Assembly (NCBI GenBank): GCA_977862235.1
Contig: OZ374559.1
Coordinates: forward strand, 2,976,001-3,040,000
Origin: Dudresnaya verticillata
Lineage: Eukaryota
DNA: 64,000 bases
Reading direction: 5' to 3'
Shown: one piece after another, positions 58,801 to 64,000 of the stretch
Layout of the letters: the number at the start of each line of letters is the position of its first letter
How positions within the stretch are numbered: the first letter of the stretch is position 1
Made by a program: the position numbers and the translations under genes
Notes under the pieces: model-generated
Database searches by the model: none
Told to the model about the DNA's origin: nothing
What the model saw: the letters and a program-made list of their open reading frames with translations, nothing else

Positions 58801-61080
58801 TCTTGTGTAATCCACGGAAGAGGGCGGAGGAAAAGACAAAAGGCTTTGTGGTAATAGAGAGAAGGGCAACTTTACGCTAATACAAACTACAACAGCAGTA
58901 CGACGGAATCGCTTAGTGTTGCAACATGTTTGAGCCATGTCGTCCAAGCTGCAATTCAGCTACGAAGTGGAACGGGAGTCTGTTGTGAACAAACTGCGAA
59001 GTGGGTGTATCGGCAGTGGGAGGGAGCCTATCACGGAGCGGAACTCGCTAACGCATATCTTTCACGTACAGCTGGCAGCGGGATCTTCGTCGTCCGCGCC
59101 CCGGGCACATTTCATGGCGCGCACGCACGGCTACAACGGCCACGCATTGAGAATCAAAGCGAGCGATGAAACGAGTAGTGCTGCGAAGTGTCTGCGTGGG
59201 CGGAGATGCCGCGGCCCCAGCGGCGCAGGCTTTGTCGAAGTTTATGAGTAGTGAGGTGTGCAGTGTGCCGCGGTGGGCAGTCGCGGTGGGCATATGGAAT
59301 GGACGAACAAGCGAAAGGCCGCCGCGCGCTGGGAGCGACGTGCGTGCGGGTGTGGACGAAGGCGAGTGTGCGCGAGATGTATGAGAGGGAAGAGCACAAG
59401 TCACTGGTTTCATGCTCCTAGCGGCAAGAAAGGAGGTGCACCAACGGTTGTCAGCAGAAGGCGGGATTCCGCCTCCCTTGTCATAACCCCGCCACCATCG
59501 TCGAGTCTCCTCGGATAAGCACTGACATTGCGCGGGACGCTCCGCCTACCTATTACCACGCTTCTCGTATAACTCTACGTAGCTCTCAATGGGGAACTCT
59601 CAATCGACGTCGTCTATGCGTCCCGTTTGCTCAATTAATTCCCGGGGCTGTGACCCAGGGCTTGGTAAAGTACATCTCACGTGCTAGTATCATCAAGGCC
59701 CCCTTTCTCCATGCTTGCCGGTAAAATCGCGCGTCACCTTAGCAGAGCGGCAGCGAGCAGCCAAATCCGCGCGGGGTTTATCCTGCAAGGCTCACAGCGT
59801 TTATTGTGACAGTGGAAACGTTGGCGTTGTTGAGACACCGGGGACCGGCTGTCACTGTAACCGCTGCAGGGGTGGACCTAATGGTGGCAAGCAAGGGGTG
59901 GCGCGGTAGGAAAGGTAGGCATTCAGTATCAGAGGAGCTATCTGTCCCGTACTTGTGTACCACTGACCGCGACCAAATAGACAAACAAACGCAACCGAAC
60001 GAGAAGGATGCGGATTATGTATAATGTCACAAATGCGTGCGACCGCTCATTTTATTGACCATTGAGCGCTATTGACGCCATGACATTGCGTTTTCCTCGA
60101 TCTCCATCTCCTGAAACCGGGACGAGACGACGCAACACCTCATAGAGCAGTCTGATGTACATGTGTAATGGTGGCCTCACTCCACCGACATATAATCGCA
60201 TCAACACAGCAGACCACCGCCTTCTAGACATATGTCGCCATTGCTGTCGGTCCCAACACAAAAAACCGTCCTGTCATATTGAATACCATTTGAGCACAAA
60301 AGCGGATCATAACCTTCGAAGGTTAGATATACTGCCTATCATTCTAACAAGCGGTGGAAAGACCCAAAGACTTGCGTTATGCAAGATCCTCATGTGCTCT
60401 GAAGCGACAACCCACCCGTCGTCAGCGACATGCAATCTTCGGCCCGCATCTGTGCAGCAACCAGCCTGTCCCACATCCCTTGACATACCCCCACATTCTC
60501 GTCGCGCAGACCTAACCACAGTATATTACCTTACATAAGCCCTGTCATGTCACCCAGCTTCCATCTTCTCTGCAGAACACCCTCCGCCTGTCCGCCCCCC
60601 ATGTCGACCCGTCCGGCAAAAAACCAAGACCCTGCAATTACTACCTCTCTTCGTTTCCTTTGCCTTTCCCGCGTGCTCGCCGCGATACTTGAATACCATC
60701 GCACCACTAGTTCTCTGTGGTCCCAGCTTGTTACTATTTACTGCATACGTATCTGCCTGCTATATCGCCACGACCAGTCCTTCCGGATCACTTGCGCCGC
60801 TGTACCACCGCGTCACATCACGCACACAAACCCCCTCCCGCTATGCTTCCTACAGCAATGCACACAACTGTTACATAGAGGCGTCTCCTTGACCCGCACA
60901 GATCATAGTACCTACCTTTAGATCACACCACAAAACGTTCCTCGTTCCTCCTTACCCACTTCAATCACCAGATGCCATTCTGTCCCCTCCACTTAAATAC
61001 CACTGTCCTGTCCGCCCACATCATCGGCTCGCACTGTGATCCACCACTGCCACTGCCACTGACAGTCCACACCCACCACC

Positions 61081-62178
61081 ATGAGGACCCTCACGACCTT
61101 CGCCGTCACTCTCTCGCTTTTCCTACCACTGCTCCTTTGCTCCCCAATCACTGGTATCAGGCGCCACCCTGCTGCGGGCGACCTCTCATTCCCGGTTCCG
61201 AAACCCCAAGTGCCTGATGCTTCCAAGATACCGTCTTCATTAAGAATCCCACGCAGAATCTGCGCACTGCTCCTCAGGCTTCTGCAGCAATTGCGCAACG
61301 CAAGAAGGGCCGCAGCGAGAGCCAGGGAAGCTCTCGCCAACGCCAGGGAGAGGGCTCAAAGGCGCAGGGAGCACGCTAACCAAGCAAGGGGGAAGGTTAA
61401 CAATGCTAGAAACAAGGTTGGTAATGCATGGGGAAGAGCCGAGAGGGGACGGCGCAATCAGAACAGGGCGTCAAACAGGGCCAGAGAATGTCGACAGAAA
61501 GAAGATAATGCACGGAGGAATGGGCAGAGACTTCATGACAAGACAAACGCGGCCCGGAAAGCAATTGCCAAACGCCGTGCCGTTTTAGCCACACTTGTCG
61601 CTGTATGGCGGAGAGCGCAAAAGAATCTCGAAGATGTCATCAAGTTCTGGGAGGGTAAACGTAATAACCCGCAGAAGGGCAACCAGATTAGTCGTGCTCA
61701 GGAGAGGGTCAATAGCGCCAAGAAAAGGATGGGTGATGAGCAGAAGGAACTTGATGATGATGAAAAAGACCTGGAAGAGGATGAGAAGGAGAGGGGAGAC
61801 GCTGAAAAGGAACGAGAAGAGGCGAGAAAGGCTCGGGAGGACGCAATTAAAGAGGAGGAGGAAGCTGTTGCAGAGATCAAAGAAGCTCTCAAGGAAGCGG
61901 AGATTGCCGAAGAAGAGCTAGAAGAAGCCACGAAGGAGGCTGAGGATGCAGAAAAGGGCGAAAAGGACGCAGAGAACGAAGTGTCGGACGCGGAAACTGA
62001 ATCGGAAAGTGCCGATGGCAATGAACGGGCAGCCCAAAGGAGATACAACAGGGCGTCTTGTACGAGTCCAGCCCCTACTGCATCCCAGATATCTCGAGTT
62101 ATATTGATAGCCGGTGATGAAGAAACAGTGCGTAAGCGGAGACTTATACACTACAACTCTGGTAACTGGGAAGCGTAG
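61081..62178 (+). CDS. Secreted long coiled-coil protein, basic N-arm and acidic C-arm (365 aa)
   Basis: Signal peptide MRTLTTFAVTLSLFLPLLLCS. R/A/N-rich helix then E/D/K/A-rich helix. ATG in CACCATG context. Confidence 0.8.
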   Translation: MRTLTTFAVTLSLFLPLLLCSPITGIRRHPAAGDLSFPVPKPQVPDASKIPSSLRIPRRICALLLRLLQQLRNARRAAARAREALANARERAQRRREHANQARGKVNNARNKVGNAWGRAERGRRNQNRASNRARECRQKEDNARRNGQRLHDKTNAARKAIAKRRAVLATLVAVWRRAQKNLEDVIKFWEGKRNNPQKGNQISRAQERVNSAKKRMGDEQKELDDDEKDLEEDEKERGDAEKEREEARKAREDAIKEEEEAVAEIKEALKEAEIAEEELEEATKEAEDAEKGEKDAENEVSDAETESESADGNERAAQRRYNRASCTSPAPTASQISRVILIAGDEETVRKRRLIHYNSGNWEA

Positions 62179-62759
62179 TGGTCCAAAAGACAGAATTGCG
62201 GCCGACCATGCTTCTTCATCTCTAACATACCTTGAATGCTACCATTTAAGCCCCCTTGAAGGGGCTCCTTGTGAACCTTCCGAATAAATTGATGTTACCA
62301 TATTGTTCCAGATCTTTGTACAGCGTATTTCCGATCCTGGGGAGGTACTGATTTTCTTCCAGCTAGAATGTATCGGCCGAGCAAAATTCTTGCGGTTGTT
62401 TCTCTTGCGGGAATAGAGTTCTGATCAGAAGGGCGCGGCTGAAAGCATAGGTGTAGGTTGACGGGAGATGGCAGGTTCTGAAATGTAGATGGTTGTTCTC
62501 AAGTTGCATGTTTTCTTTCTCAAACCCGAACACTGGTAGGTCTTATACTAATTCGGTATGGCGTAAACCCACTAAACAACGGCATCCTTACGGCAGATCT
62601 GGGCCCAATAGCCGTTGTAGGACGCGTAGGATTGTAGACCTCAATTAATACCTCTAAACTTTGATAATTATTCAACGTACTTATGACGTCAGCAGCTATC
62701 TTTCTGTTTGCTGGTCTCATCCGCAAGAAAGGCCACCGAGCTTTCTTTTGTACCCAGTA

Positions 62760-63230
62760 CATTGATCCATCTTGCTGAATACATACTTGCTAAGGGCAAC
62801 AGACGTCTGACTGTTGGTCTCATTCCAACTTGCCGACCCCATGCGGGGGTGGGAAGAGCAAAATGCGTGATGAGCGCCATGCTGCTTATGCTGATCTCCA
62901 ACATCCGGTTGATCCACGTGACCAGCTGCGCATGTATATTTTCGCTGATGACCTTGGCTTTGCCCCGCATGCCCATGGCTTTGATGTCTCGGTCGTCAGC
63001 CCCCACTATATTCATGGCTCCATTCGTCGCGTTGCTAGCCGGGATACCGCGTCAAACGCTCTCATTACCGCCATGTGTGTGCTAGTTTGGATATGGTTCT
63101 CCATCCTATGGTTGTAGATGTCTATGCGCGTGTCGGATCCGGCTCTGAGCTTGGCGCCCAACGTATTGCTAATTTCATTGTCAGCAAGCGCTGGACCTCT
63201 CCGTCTACGGAGAAACTTCTCCTCACTACT
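62760..63230 (+). mobile_element. Family 1 REL retroelement relic
   Basis: RDQLRMYIFADDLGFAPHAHGFDVSVV and LHPMVVDVYARVGSGSELGAQRIA are homologous to 57945-58460. Confidence 0.7.
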
Positions 63231-63600
63231 CGAGATGGAACAAGCCCTAGCACCCACGCCACATTCTGTCATCCAGGCGCGGGTCCTCGCCGAATGGAAG
63301 TCGGCCGTCGCAGGCCGGCGGTCTGCTCCGGTCCAAGATATATCGTCCCTACCCCCCGCGTTCAGGGACCGTAAGCTTGCGGTTCGGTGGCATCTTGGCA
63401 CCTTCCCAATTCCACCCTCCTGCGCAGTGACACGTTCAGAACTTCGGGAGCAAGCCGCAGTCCTTCAAAAATTGTCACACCCCGCGAACAGCCCCGCAGA
63501 CTTTACCGCTATCTCCACCGCCATTGAAAAAAGCTGCTACAGGGTCGAATGCAGGACGTATACCAGCTTTCTCGCGCCCGCACATTGTCAAAGCAAGTGA
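63230..63600 (+). mobile_element. Family 2 element relic
   Basis: Homologous to 25489-26150 (AVRWHLGTFPIPP). Confidence 0.55.
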
Positions 63601-64000
63601 TGGACAAACTGAGGGTCACCCAAGACCTTTAGTTTTCAAACAGTTTGTGGCGAGCCTTCTGCCACTGACAGAAGAAGTGACGACAGCCGAGCGTCAAACC
63701 AATTGGAGTGTCGAACCGAGAACTTCAATGAATGAAGGGCGGTTGAGATGACAAGGGTGAGCAATAAAAAGAGCTACAGTGAGGTCCCGAAAACTGCAAC
63801 CTATCGGGAGATGGGGTCCTGTTGCAATTAGCGGGAGGTTGCACTAGAGCGGGAGGTATCATAACTTCTTAGCATCTCTTTGTGCTCTTAATTTGTCCCG
63901 TCCTGTAGCTGCTGTACCGCACAGTACTGTATCGTACACGGTCAGTAGTGGTGAAAAGAGCTGTTTTGACGTTCTAAGCATATTCTTCGGACCTTTGCTC

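Noticed and set aside
1..64000. CRISPR arrays, rRNA, tRNA
   Set aside because: No repeat-spacer pattern or recognisable structural RNA seen. A covariance-model scan was not possible.

Overview
Eukaryotic, intron-poor DNA. Single-exon genes, TATA boxes, CA-rich 5' leaders, microsatellites and many non-LTR retrotransposon relics suggest a macroalga, probably a florideophyte red alga; this is inference and has not been verified. (1) 1-14640 is a near-perfect tandem amplification with a 6521-bp unit, about 2.25 copies visible. Each unit carries an SRR1-like gene and two paralogous secreted Cys-rich proteins that end in a cationic amphipathic peptide. The array ends in a variant third copy followed by a TSD-flanked retroelement. 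(2) 17.6-42 kb holds two Streptomyces-ChiC-like GH18 chitinases, a secreted ephrin-receptor-like Cys-repeat protein, a GT61 glycosyltransferase, a B12D/NDUFA4-like gene and a secreted precursor built of three amphipathic helices. (3) 47.9-57.2 kb holds a DRE-TIM-like enzyme fused to an EF-hand, then a GC-rich block with an EamA transporter, a stand-alone OvoA-type methyltransferase and a frameshifted phage tail-collar gene. (4) 61-62 kb encodes a secreted charge-bipolar coiled-coil protein. Best candidate for an undescribed system: secreted precursors that release membrane-active, antimicrobial-like helical peptides after Arg, amplified within a defence-like gene neighbourhood. All family assignments come from motif recognition by eye; no searches were run.
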